In this document: one piece after another, positions 53,751 through 63,500 of the stretch | How the letters are laid out: each line of letters opens with the position of its first letter | Position numbering within the stretch: the stretch's first letter is position 1 | DNA from: Bacteroidales bacterium | GTDB lineage: Bacteria > Bacteroidota > Bacteroidia > Bacteroidales > FEN-979 | Assembly: GCA_035505995.1 (NCBI GenBank) | Contig: DATJQF010000230.1 | Span: 194 to 64,193 of the forward strand | Length of the DNA: 64,000 nt | Direction of reading: 5' to 3' | Program-made: the position numbers and the translations under genes | Notes under the pieces: model-generated | The model's input: only the letters and a program-made list of their open reading frames with translations | Database searches by the model: none | What the model was told of the DNA's origin: nothing

Positions 53751-55124
53751 ATGGAGCTACCTTTTGCAGAATCCTTCCGGATCAAAATGGTGGAGAATAT
53801 CCGGAAAAGCACCCGCCAGGAACGTGAAGTATGGATCAGGGATGCCCGGTATAACGTCTTTCAACTCAGGAGCGACCAGGTGTTTATCGACCTGCTGACC
53901 GATTCGGGCACCGGTGCCATGAGCGATGTGCAATGGTCGGAACTGATGAGAGGGGATGAAAGCTATGCCGGCGCTTCCTCCTATTTTAAGCTGAAGGAAG
54001 CCTTTCAGGAGATCACGGGATTTGAGTTCTTTCTGCCGGTACACCAGGGGAGAGCGGCTGAAAACGTGCTGTTTTCCGTCCTGGTGAGGGAAGGGAATAT
54101 AGTTCCGGGAAATTCACATTTCGATACCACCAAGGGCCATATCGAATACCGGAAAGCGCATGCGGTGGATTGTACCATCCGGGAAGCCTTCGACACAACG
54201 ATCGACCATCCCTTCAAGGGCAATGTGGACCTGGCCAAATTGGAAAAAGTGCTGGAGAAATCAGCCGATAAAGTCCCTTTTATCATCCTTACGGTCACGT
54301 GCAACACACCGGGCGGTCAACCGGTTTCCATGGAGAACCTGAAGCAGGTCAGGGAGATCGCCGACCGGTATGGCAAACTGGTGCTGTTTGATTCCGCCCG
54401 GTTTGCCGAGAATGCCTATTTCATCAAAATTCGGGAAAAGGGATACGGTAATAAAACCATCCGGGAGATCGCCCGGGAGATGTTCTCTTATGCCGACCTG
54501 ATCACCATGAGCAGCAAGAAGGATGCGATTGTGAATATCGGCGGGCTGATCGGGATGAGAGACGAAGCGATCTTCCATAAAGCCAGCATGTATAATATCA
54601 TGTTCGAGGGCTATATCACTTACGGGGGATTGGCCGGCCGCGACCTGAATGCCATGGCCCGGGGACTTTATGAAGGGACCGAATTCGACTACCTGGAAAC
54701 CCGGGTGCATCAGGTACATTACCTCGGCAAGAAGCTGATGGAATACGGCATCCCCATACAACGCCCGATCGGCGGTCATGCCGTTTTTGTGGATGCCGTC
54801 CGCTTCCTTCCCCATATTCCCCGGGAGCAGTTCCCGGCCCAGTTACTGGCAGTGGAACTTTACCTTGAATCAGGCGTCCGGGGAGTGGAGATCGGAACAC
54901 TGCTGGCCGACCGCGATCCCGATTCCAGGGAAAACCGGTTTCCCGCGCTGGAAATGCTGCGGCTCGCCATCCCCCGCCGCGTATACACCAATAACCATAT
55001 GGATGTGGTCGCCACGTCCCTGAAAAATATTTACGACCGCCGCGATCAGATCCGGTCAGGATTCAGGATCCTTTACGAAGCCCCGATGATGAGGCACTTT
55101 ACCGTTCAGCTGGAAAAGATCTGA
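53751..55124 (+). CDS. tnaA: tryptophanase-type beta-eliminating lyase (PLP-dependent)
   Basis: DLLTDSGTGAMS, HQGRAAEN, the SSKKD PLP-lysine region and C-terminal MRHFTVQLE (an RHFT tail as in TnaA rather than the RFFTA of tyrosine phenol-lyase). Confidence 0.8.
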   Translation: MELPFAESFRIKMVENIRKSTRQEREVWIRDARYNVFQLRSDQVFIDLLTDSGTGAMSDVQWSELMRGDESYAGASSYFKLKEAFQEITGFEFFLPVHQGRAAENVLFSVLVREGNIVPGNSHFDTTKGHIEYRKAHAVDCTIREAFDTTIDHPFKGNVDLAKLEKVLEKSADKVPFIILTVTCNTPGGQPVSMENLKQVREIADRYGKLVLFDSARFAENAYFIKIREKGYGNKTIREIAREMFSYADLITMSSKKDAIVNIGGLIGMRDEAIFHKASMYNIMFEGYITYGGLAGRDLNAMARGLYEGTEFDYLETRVHQVHYLGKKLMEYGIPIQRPIGGHAVFVDAVRFLPHIPREQFPAQLLAVELYLESGVRGVEIGTLLADRDPDSRENRFPALEMLRLAIPRRVYTNNHMDVVATSLKNIYDRRDQIRSGFRILYEAPMMRHFTVQLEKI

Positions 55125-55130
55125 AACGGG

Positions 55131-55592
55131 ATGGAGGCAAACAGGAAGAAAGGACGCTACCGGAGAATCCTGAAACAGCTGGAAGAACTGCTGGGAAGCA
55201 CCGGGGATGCGGATGCGCGCATGGCCACCATTGCGGCCCTCCTCCACCATAAAATGGAATATTTCTTCTGGACGGGATTTTATTGCCTGCAGGGAGGTGA
55301 GCTGATCGTCAGGACCTACCAGGGACCGCTGGCCTGCCAGGTGCTGGAAAAGAATAAAGGCGTTTGCTGGGCGGGGATCAACCGGCAGAAAACAATCCTC
55401 GTCCCCGACGTGCATGCCTTTCCGGGCCATATCGCCTGCGATCCCCGGTCGAAATCGGAAATTGTCGTCCCGATACGAGACCGTAGCCGGAAGATCATCG
55501 GAGTGCTGGACGTTGACAGTGATCTCCTGAATGCCTTTGACGAAATTGATGCCGAATATCTCGGGAAAATCGTCGAAATGATCCCCGCATGA
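55131..55592 (+). CDS. msrC: GAF-domain protein, free methionine-(R)-sulfoxide reductase-like
   Basis: WTGFY...GPLACQVL...GVCWAG...DVHAFPGHIACDPRSKSEIVVPI...IGVLDVDS parallels E. coli YebR/MsrC. Confidence 0.75.
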   Translation: MEANRKKGRYRRILKQLEELLGSTGDADARMATIAALLHHKMEYFFWTGFYCLQGGELIVRTYQGPLACQVLEKNKGVCWAGINRQKTILVPDVHAFPGHIACDPRSKSEIVVPIRDRSRKIIGVLDVDSDLLNAFDEIDAEYLGKIVEMIPA

Positions 55593-56149
55593 ACCTGGTT
55601 GAAATTATCCTGATTGCCCTGGGACTTTCCATGGATTGCTTTGCCGTAGCCGTTGGCTTCGGAATTACCCGCACCCTGACCCGGAAGGATATCCTGAAAA
55701 TGGCTTTTTTCTTCGGGATATTCCAGGGATTGATGCCTTTGCTGGGATGGCTGATCGGGCATTTTTTCCAGGACCTGATCCGGCAGGTGGATCACTGGAT
55801 CGCCTTCGGAATCCTGGCATTTATCGGGATCAAAATGATCCTGCAATCTTTCCGGATCGGAAAACGCAGGAAAAAGCTTGATATCAAGGATTTTTCGCTG
55901 CTGCTGACGCTTTCTGTAGCCACCAGCATCGATGCCCTTGCCACGGGGATCGGATTGGAATTTCTGGGGGTCAGGATCCTGCTGGCGGTGTCGATCATCG
56001 CACTGATCACTTTTTTCGTGTCCATTGCCGGCGCCCGGATCGGGGAAACCTCTTCCTTTATCCCTGCCCGCCGGGCCGAGCTGTTGGGCGGGCTTATCCT
56101 GATCGCGATCGGGCTGAAGATCCTCTTCCAGCACCTGGGGATATTGTAG
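55589..56149 (+). CDS. mntP: manganese efflux pump MntP
   Basis: 186 aa with LGLSMDCFAVAV and ATSIDALATGI motifs. The start overlaps the upstream stop (ATGA). Confidence 0.85.
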   Translation: MNLVEIILIALGLSMDCFAVAVGFGITRTLTRKDILKMAFFFGIFQGLMPLLGWLIGHFFQDLIRQVDHWIAFGILAFIGIKMILQSFRIGKRRKKLDIKDFSLLLTLSVATSIDALATGIGLEFLGVRILLAVSIIALITFFVSIAGARIGETSSFIPARRAELLGGLILIAIGLKILFQHLGIL

Positions 56150-56157
56150 TACATTTG
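56150..56157 (+). promoter_or_regulatory. -7 box TACATTTG, queD
   Basis: Exact motif 15 nt upstream of ATG 56173, immediately after the mntP stop. Confidence 0.45.
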
Positions 56158-56172
56158 TAAAAATCAGGATAC

Positions 56173-56613
56173 ATGCCGACGATCCGCATTACCAAGCTGT
56201 TCCGTTTTGAAGCCGCCCATGCGCTGAAGGATTATGATGGTCCCTGCCGGAATATTCACGGTCACTCCTACGAGCTATCCGTGACCATTGAAGGCAGTCC
56301 GGTGAGCGATCCCCATTCACCCAAAAAAGGGATGGTGATGGATTTCAGCGACCTCAAGTCGATCGTCAAAAAGAACGTGATCGATGTTTTCGACCATGCC
56401 CTGATCCTGAGCTCGGATTACCCGGCCGGGGAGTTTGAAAAGCTGCAGGGATCCTTCTCCGGGATGCTGATCGTAGCGTATCAGCCCACCACCGAAAACA
56501 TGCTGACCGATTTCGCCGGCAGGATCGGGAACGCACTGCCCGCGGGGATAAAACTTTACTCGCTCAAATTAAGGGAAACGCCGAACTCTTTCGCAGAATG
56601 GTTTGCGGAATGA
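56173..56613 (+). CDS. queD: 6-carboxy-5,6,7,8-tetrahydropterin synthase, Cx3HGH (QueD) type
   Basis: FRFEAAHAL, CRNIHGHSY (Cys-x3-HGH) and VFDHALIL. Second COG0720 paralog in the window. Confidence 0.85.
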   Translation: MPTIRITKLFRFEAAHALKDYDGPCRNIHGHSYELSVTIEGSPVSDPHSPKKGMVMDFSDLKSIVKKNVIDVFDHALILSSDYPAGEFEKLQGSFSGMLIVAYQPTTENMLTDFAGRIGNALPAGIKLYSLKLRETPNSFAEWFAE

Positions 56614-56643
56614 CACCGCCCGGATGAAAAGGTATAAGTTCTC

Positions 56644-57975
56644 CTATTTATCCTTGTAATTATATCCGAAACTGTACCGGAATCCTACGTTAATACCGAC
56701 CGACTGGGAATGATTGGCCGGCAACTCGCCGCTGGTGGTCACCGGGGTTAATGAATATTTATACCCGGGTTCGATGCAAATGCTTAAATTCCTGTTGAAC
56801 AGGTACTCCAGGCTGAACCCGGCCCAGAGCTGCCAGTAGGACAACATCCTTTCGGGGGTCTGCCTGACCAATTTGGTTACGGTTCCGCCCGGATAGCTCG
56901 GGTTCGGGAGAGGCTCATCCTTTTGCAGCAGAAATGAAACGGCAGGACCGGCCTGGAAGGAGAACCTGAAATGATTGGATTCAAATGCCTTGAAGCCCAG
57001 TAGCATGGGAACCTGCAAATAAAGGTAATGATCGGTAGTTACCGCAGTGGTCGAATGCACTACGCTATCGGCAGGCTTCAACGTTGCGACCGAATCGGGG
57101 GTGGTGTACTCCGACAGGTATTGTCCCTGGTCGGCGAAATAGCCCAGACTGGCTCCCGTACGGAAGAAGAACCTTCCGAAATGGAACTGGAGATTCAATC
57201 CTCCCGAATAGCTTCCATAGGAATAGGAATGGTTCGATTTATAGAAGGTGATGTCGGGTTCCGCATCAATTCCGACAGCAAAATGGATCGGGAACGGCGT
57301 GAGGCTTTTAGCGGTCAGGATCTGCTCCTGGGGAGGCACATTGCTGACATGCCGGATCACGAAAGGAGGGGTCTCATTCTTGGCCTCCGGGGAATTGCTC
57401 ATATTGACCGTAAAGGCGGAATAGCCCGGCAGGGCTGAGATCGGGGGTGCCAGCTGGCCGCTGTTCCGGGTCAGCAAAGGAGCCGGTGTGAGGATATTCT
57501 CTTCCGGAACTTCTTCCTTTTTCGTTACGGATTCATTGGCTGCTGTTTGTCCGGGCAGAACCGTTCTTTCCGGAATGACCCGCTTTGAAGTGGAAGCATA
57601 TACCTGGTGTGCAGCACTCACTGCAGCATTCCTGTGAGCGGTCAGAGTATGGGTTACGGCCGGAACGACCGGGGAACCTGTCTTTGGATTTTCAGCATTG
57701 ATTTCCTTCTTCGCAACGGGGACCTGCAAAGAAGAGGCAGGTGAGAGAAGGAACCAGATAACAGCCAGCAACACTACTGCAGAGGCAGCAGTAATCCAGG
57801 CGATCCCGGGAACATTCCTGAAATTCAGCCTCAGGATCTCTCCCCACAATAGCTTCCGGTTAATGCTTCCCCAGGCCCTTTCCGGCGGTTCCTCCCGGTA
57901 GTCCTGCAAGCCTTTCCGGAAAATCTCATCAATTGGATGAGGGCATTCGTTACCGTTTTTACCTGTTTTATCCAT
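56644..57975 (-). CDS. putative anti-sigma factor-like membrane protein with C-terminal beta-barrel-like domain
   Basis: 443 aa. Its start overlaps the ECF sigma stop by 8 nt. It has a short N-terminal cytoplasmic segment (IDEIFRKGLQDYREEPPERAWGSI) and one TM helix. A Pro/Thr/Ser-rich linker follows, then about 200 aa of alternating strands ending ...GFRYSFGYNYKDK. Confidence 0.5.
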   Translation of the reverse strand: MDKTGKNGNECPHPIDEIFRKGLQDYREEPPERAWGSINRKLLWGEILRLNFRNVPGIAWITAASAVVLLAVIWFLLSPASSLQVPVAKKEINAENPKTGSPVVPAVTHTLTAHRNAAVSAAHQVYASTSKRVIPERTVLPGQTAANESVTKKEEVPEENILTPAPLLTRNSGQLAPPISALPGYSAFTVNMSNSPEAKNETPPFVIRHVSNVPPQEQILTAKSLTPFPIHFAVGIDAEPDITFYKSNHSYSYGSYSGGLNLQFHFGRFFFRTGASLGYFADQGQYLSEYTTPDSVATLKPADSVVHSTTAVTTDHYLYLQVPMLLGFKAFESNHFRFSFQAGPAVSFLLQKDEPLPNPSYPGGTVTKLVRQTPERMLSYWQLWAGFSLEYLFNRNLSICIEPGYKYSLTPVTTSGELPANHSQSVGINVGFRYSFGYNYKDK

Positions 57976-58576
57976 CGACAGGAACAGTTTTTATAGTAGG
58001 TCTTAATTCCGCCAGGCGCTTCCGGAGAAACCGCCGGGCTTTCAGTAATTGTGTTTTAGACGTGTTTTCCGATATATTCAATGATTCGGCAATATCTTTA
58101 TGACTGTATTCTTCAAAAACATACATATTAAACACTACCCGATACCCCGGGGGCAGCTTCTGGATCAGTGAAAGCAGGGTATCCGATGAAATCTGGAAAT
58201 CCACTTCCTTCGCCTCTTCCGCACTCAATATCTCAATTTCATTGATTTCTTCAATATCCTTATGAAACGGTAACCTTTTATTCTTCCTGAACTGGTTCAG
58301 GGCATTATTGATCATGATCCTTTTAATCCACCCCTCAAACGATCCTTCCTTCCTGTAGGACGAGATATTCTGGAAAACCTTCAGGAATCCTTCCTGCAAC
58401 AGGTCTTCCGCTTCGCTCCGGTCCCTGGCATACCGCATGCACAATGCCATCATCGTCGACGCATATTTCCGGTAAAGCATATTTTGAGCCTTACGCCCTC
58501 CGGCCAAACAATCATCGAGCAGGGATTCATCGCTAATCATCCGGATCGGTCTGATTTTAAGACGTTCAACGGGCAA
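57968..58576 (-). CDS. RNA polymerase ECF-type sigma-70 family factor
   Basis: Region 2 (EDLLQEGFLKVF...FEGWIKRIMIN) and region 4 (YRVVFNMYVFEEYSHKDIAESLNISENTSKTQLLKAR). The alternative start is ATG 58540. Confidence 0.85.
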   Translation of the reverse strand: MPVERLKIRPIRMISDESLLDDCLAGGRKAQNMLYRKYASTMMALCMRYARDRSEAEDLLQEGFLKVFQNISSYRKEGSFEGWIKRIMINNALNQFRKNKRLPFHKDIEEINEIEILSAEEAKEVDFQISSDTLLSLIQKLPPGYRVVFNMYVFEEYSHKDIAESLNISENTSKTQLLKARRFLRKRLAELRPTIKTVPVDG

Positions 58577-58595
58577 ATTGGTTGCCTGACCCTCT

Positions 58596-58603
58596 CAAAG
58601 TTA
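58596..58603 (-). promoter_or_regulatory. -7 box TAACTTTG (minus strand), ECF sigma/anti-sigma pair
   Basis: Plus-strand CAAAGTTA; 19 nt upstream of ATG 58576. Confidence 0.45.
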
Positions 58604-58642
58604 CTAAAAAACAAGGGGATCCATGAGGGGAATCACCTGCTT

Positions 58643-59278
58643 TCAGGTATCGGCAATTACCATATTTGCCTTGTATTTTTCAAAATTCTTGCTAAAAAAC
58701 ACCCTCCCCTTATCATTCAGGATCCCGAAGATATGATAGAGGAAGATTTCGTGAAAAACTTTGACCGAAGTCAGTTCATCATTAGTAAATACATCATTTT
58801 CTGACAGATACTCAAACCTGGCCACATGAAGCCGGGAAATGATATCGGCATTCATCTCTTTCCGGTATAATCCTTCCTTTTGCCCCTTGATCAGGTTCCG
58901 GTAGGTTGATTCATAGAGACCTTCCCTCCGGAGGTTCCGCAATTTCATGAAAAGAGAGGGGTAGTATTTTCTGACATCATATTCGATCGACGGGTGATAA
59001 TCCCGGAGCACGCGGTTGATGATCCGGTAAACTTCCATCAGCTCCTCAATGGCATTCAGCTTTTTTTTCCGGATCTCATCAAAGTACCGCCGCTGCCTGT
59101 CGTGCTCCAGGAAAATAACAGATCCCACCAGGTCTTCCTTATTCCGGAAATGCTCATACAGGGTTTTTTTGGAAATCCCCAGGTGATGAGCCACCTCATC
59201 CATCGTCACACTTTTTATACCATAGCGGTGATACAACCCGGTGGCCTGGTGCAGGAAGGTAAGCGTCTTTTTCTCCAT
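58643..59278 (-). CDS. TetR/AcrR family transcriptional regulator
   Basis: N-terminal HTH YGIKSVTMDEVAHHLGISKKTLYEHF. Divergent from the RND efflux operon. Confidence 0.85.
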   Translation of the reverse strand: MEKKTLTFLHQATGLYHRYGIKSVTMDEVAHHLGISKKTLYEHFRNKEDLVGSVIFLEHDRQRRYFDEIRKKKLNAIEELMEVYRIINRVLRDYHPSIEYDVRKYYPSLFMKLRNLRREGLYESTYRNLIKGQKEGLYRKEMNADIISRLHVARFEYLSENDVFTNDELTSVKVFHEIFLYHIFGILNDKGRVFFSKNFEKYKANMVIADT

Positions 59279-59283
59279 CGACG

Positions 59284-59291
59284 CAAAGATA
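59284..59291 (-). promoter_or_regulatory. -7 box TATCTTTG (minus strand), tetR (leaderless-type spacing)
   Basis: Plus-strand CAAAGATA; ends 5 nt before ATG 59278. Confidence 0.4.
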
Positions 59292-59353
59292 ACGGTTTTC
59301 CGGGAGGCCGGAAACTTTCTTCCGTCAATAGTTTCTCCTTCCCGGAAATTCTT

Positions 59354-59361
59354 TATATTTG
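59354..59361 (+). promoter_or_regulatory. -7 box TATATTTG, RND efflux operon
   Basis: Exact motif 29 nt upstream of ATG 59391. Confidence 0.5.
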
Positions 59362-59390
59362 CGCCTCATTTTTTAATCAATCCCGGTTCT

Positions 59391-60497
59391 ATGAAAAAAT
59401 TGCTGTTCCTCGCCGGTTTGGCACTTCTACTGACCGCCGGATGCGGCCCCCAGGATAAAAAAGCCAGGCTGGAGAAGCTGAAGAAACAACGCGATCAGAT
59501 CACCAATGAAATCCAGCAACTCGAAAAGGGTTTGTATCCTGCCGGCACCACGCCCGCGTTACCGGTGTCCGTACAGCCGGTATCCATCCGGGAATTCGGG
59601 CATTATATCGAAGTGCAGGGCCGGGTGGACGGGAATGAGAATATCGGAGTAAGCCCGCAGACCGTCGGCGTGGTGACGAAGATCCTGGTGAACGAAGGGG
59701 ATCATGTGCTCAAGGGGCAGCTCCTGGCCGAGCTGGATGCGGAAGTACTCAAGCAATCCCTCAACGAGCTTCAAACCCAGCTGAATTTTGCCACCGATCT
59801 ATATCACAAGCAAAAGAATCTCTGGGACCAGAATATCGGATCGGAAGTTCAGTACCTGACCGCCAAGAACAATATGGAATCCATCCAGAACAAGATCGCC
59901 ACGGTCCAGGACCAGATCAATCTTTCCAATATTACTTCCCCGATCGACGGCACCGTGGAAGATATTCCCATCAAGGTCGGCCAAACGGCGTCCCTGGGGG
60001 TGCCGGCGTTCCGGGTCATCAATTTCTCCAAGGCAAAAGCCGTGGCCGAGGTAGGGGAAGCCTACTCGGCGAAGATAAACACCGGTGACCAGGTCCGGAT
60101 CTTCCTGCCCGACCTGAATGAGGAATTCACCCAGAAAGTCACCTTTGCCAGTAAATACATCAACCCGACCAATCGCACCTTTACCGTGGAAGCGGAGCTT
60201 CCCTCCAACCAGGAAGTTTACCGCGCCAATATGATCGCCGTGGTCCGGATCAAGGATTATTACAACCCCACGGCGATCGCGATCCCACAGACTTATATCC
60301 AGTCCTCCCAGGCGGAAGGTGCGTATGTCTTCGTGGCGCGCGAGGAAGGCGGCAGGAAGGTCGCGAAAAAGGCCTTCGTCAAAACGGGCGTAACTTATAA
60401 CGGACTGACGGAGATTGATTCCGGTCTTAAGAACGGAGACCTGATCATCACCGCAGGGTATAAGGATCTCTACGACGGCCAGCTCATCCAATTCTAA
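59391..60497 (+). CDS. efflux RND transporter periplasmic adaptor (membrane fusion) subunit
   Basis: Lipobox LLTAGCG, a coiled-coil hairpin, and lipoyl/beta-barrel regions (ITSPIDGTV). Track start trimmed by 50 codons that overlap tetR. Confidence 0.85.
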   Translation: MKKLLFLAGLALLLTAGCGPQDKKARLEKLKKQRDQITNEIQQLEKGLYPAGTTPALPVSVQPVSIREFGHYIEVQGRVDGNENIGVSPQTVGVVTKILVNEGDHVLKGQLLAELDAEVLKQSLNELQTQLNFATDLYHKQKNLWDQNIGSEVQYLTAKNNMESIQNKIATVQDQINLSNITSPIDGTVEDIPIKVGQTASLGVPAFRVINFSKAKAVAEVGEAYSAKINTGDQVRIFLPDLNEEFTQKVTFASKYINPTNRTFTVEAELPSNQEVYRANMIAVVRIKDYYNPTAIAIPQTYIQSSQAEGAYVFVAREEGGRKVAKKAFVKTGVTYNGLTEIDSGLKNGDLIITAGYKDLYDGQLIQF

Positions 60498-60508
60498 CGG
60501 TCACTCCC

Positions 60509-63500
60509 ATGAAACAGGAAAAAAACAGGATCCGTGAGTTTTTCGCGACCAGCTGGGCCATCGACAACCGGACCAGCATCTATGTCCTTACCGTCTTCAT
60601 CACGCTGCTCGGGATCATGTCCTACATCAATATCCCGAAGGAGCAGTTCCCGGAAATTGTCATCCCGACCATCATCGTAACTACCGCCTATCCGGGCACC
60701 TCCCCCCAGGATATCGAGAACCTCATCACCCGTCCGATCGAGAAGGAAGCCAAATCGCTGGCCAACGTAAAAAAGATCACCAGCAATTCGGTGCAGGATT
60801 TTTCGAGCATCGTCGTGGAATTCAACCCGGGAATCGCGGTGTCGGAAGCCAAGCAGCGGGTGCGGGACGCCGTCGACAAAGCCCGGTCGAGCCTCCCGAA
60901 CAACCTGCCGAAAGAGCCGGATATCATGGAGATCGATATCTCTGAAGTGCCGATCATGTTCATTAATATTTCAGGCGATTATGATCTTCAGCGGCTTAAA
61001 AAATATGCCGAAGTGGCCCGGGACAAGATCGAAACCCTCAAGGAGATCACCCGGGTGGATATCGTGGGCGCCCTGGAGCGTGAGATCCAGATCGACGTCG
61101 ATATGTATAAGATGCAGGCGGCCAGTGTCAGCTTCGCCGATATCCAGCGGGCCGTATCCAGCGAGAATGTGACGATCTCGGCCGGAACGATCACCACTTA
61201 CGGGGCCAAGCGTACGATCCGGATCGCAGGGCAGTTCAAGTCGCCGGACCAGATCAAAGGCATTATGCTGAAATCCTCCAGCGGGGCCATCGTTTATATC
61301 GGGGACATTGCCGATGTGAAGGATTCCTTCAAGGAGCAGGAAAGCTTCTCCCGGTTCAATGGAAAAAATGTCATCACGCTCAATGTGATCAAGAAGAGCG
61401 GGGAGAACCTGATCAATGCCTCGGACGAGATCAAGGCCATGGTCGCCGACCTGAAAAAGAACACCTATCCCCCCGACCTGCAGGTGGAGATCACCGGGGA
61501 TATGTCGCGCTATACCCGCAGCACCCTGGAAGAGCTGAACAATACGGAAGCGATCGGGTTTATCCTGGTGACGCTGGTGCTGATGTTTTTCATGGGATTC
61601 AACAACGCTTTCTTTGTGGGATTGTCCGTTCCCCTTTCCATATTCGTAGCCTACCTGGTCATGCCGGGGCTGGGATTCACCATGAACATGATCGTCATGT
61701 TCGCCTTCATTTTCGCCCTCGGGATCATCGTCGATGACGCCATCGTGGTGATCGAGAACACTCACCGGATACACCGGACGGAGAAGAACATCGTCAAGGC
61801 AGCCAAAATGGCGGCCGGGGAAGTATTCCTGCCGATCCTTTCGGGAACCCTGACCACCCTGGCCCCATTCTTCCCGCTGGCTTTCTGGCCGGGGATCACG
61901 GGAAAGTTCATGTATTATATGCCGGTCACCCTGATCCTGACGCTCTTCGCCTCGCTTTTCGTGGCCTACATCATCAATCCCGTTTTCGCGGTGTCCTTCA
62001 TGAAGCACGAATTCGAAAAAACCGGGTACAAGACCAACTATAAAAAGCTATTGATATCCAGCGGGATCCTTCTCGGGCTGGCGCTCCTGTTCTATCTCGC
62101 CCGCGTGCCCGGAATGGGAAATGTACTGGTGTTATGCCTGATCCTGAATGCAGCCTACCGGCTCTGGATCAAGAATTCAACGTTCCAGTTCCAGACGAGG
62201 GCCTGGCCCTGGCTGATGAAGCTTTATGAAGCGACCCTGAAATTCTTCCTGAAGAAGAGAAGGCCGTATTACCTGCTGTACACCATTACCGGCATGCTGA
62301 TCCTGACCTTCGTGATCACCGGCATGGTGAAGCCCAAGGTGTTGTTCTTCCCGGTGAACATGCCCAATAATGTCTATGTATATTTAAAAATGCCGGAAGG
62401 GACCGACCAGAAGGTCACGGACTCCGTGACCCGTCTCATCGAGAAAAGGGTCAATGATGTCCTTGGGCCGAATAACCCGCTGGTGGAATCGATCGTGACC
62501 AATGTCGGGTTCGGGGCCGGAGACGGGATGTTCGATCGCACCGTCGCCGCGAATAAGGGGAAGGTCACCATCAATTTTACAGAGAGCAAGTACCGGCACG
62601 GCGCTTCCACGCTGGACATCATGGACCGAATCCGCGAACACGTGAAGAATATCCCGGGCGCCCAGGTCTCCGTTGAAAAGAACCGGGCAGGACCTCCGAC
62701 CGGAAAGCCTGTTAACATTGAAATAGCGGGGGAAAACCTCGATGAACTGATCAGCACGGCTACCCGTTTCAAGAATTATCTGGATTCCTTGCAGATCCCG
62801 GGCATTGAGAACCTCAAATCCGATTTTGAGAACGACCGTCCGGAGATCATTGTGGACATTGACCGCGAAAGGGCCAACCGGGAAGGGATCTCCCTCGGAC
62901 AGGTGGGCATGGAGCTCCGTACCGCTATCTTCGGCACCGAGATCTCAAAGTACAAAGAAGACGAGGATGAATATCCGATCCAGCTGAGATATTCCGAACA
63001 GGAGCGCAAGAACATCAACAACATCCTGAACTCCAAGGTCACCTACCGGGACATGAACAACGGCCAGCTCCGGCAGATCCCGATCTCCTCGGTGGCGACG
63101 ATCCATTATTCCGACACCTACGGGGGGATCAAGCGGAAGAACCTCAAAAGGGTGATCACCCTCTCCTCCGAGGTTCTTTCCGGGTACACCCCCAACGAAG
63201 TGGTGGCCTCGATCACCCAGGTAGTGCAGAATTTCGACTGCCCCCGAACCATCAACATCTCCCTCACCGGGGAACGGGAGGATCAGACCGAGACGATGAT
63301 CTTCCTGTTCAAATCGATGCTCATCGCCATTGGCCTGATCTTCTTTATCCTGATCACACAGTTCCAGTCGCTCAGCAAATCCCTGATCATCCTGAGTGAA
63401 GTGATCTTCAGCATCATCGGGGTGCTTCTTGGATTGATCCTATTCGGTATGCCGATCATCATTGCCATGACCGGAGTCGGGATCATCGCACTGGGCGGGA

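Noticed and set aside
55500-55600. A possible yybP-ykoY manganese riboswitch upstream of mntP.
   Set aside because: The mntP start overlaps the stop of the preceding GAF-domain gene (ATGA), so there is no non-coding leader to hold a riboswitch.
58484-58804. A 106-aa plus-strand ORF bridging the sigma-factor/tetR intergenic region.
   Set aside because: It is antisense to both flanking genes for most of its length. It has no motif and no promoter box in the correct orientation.
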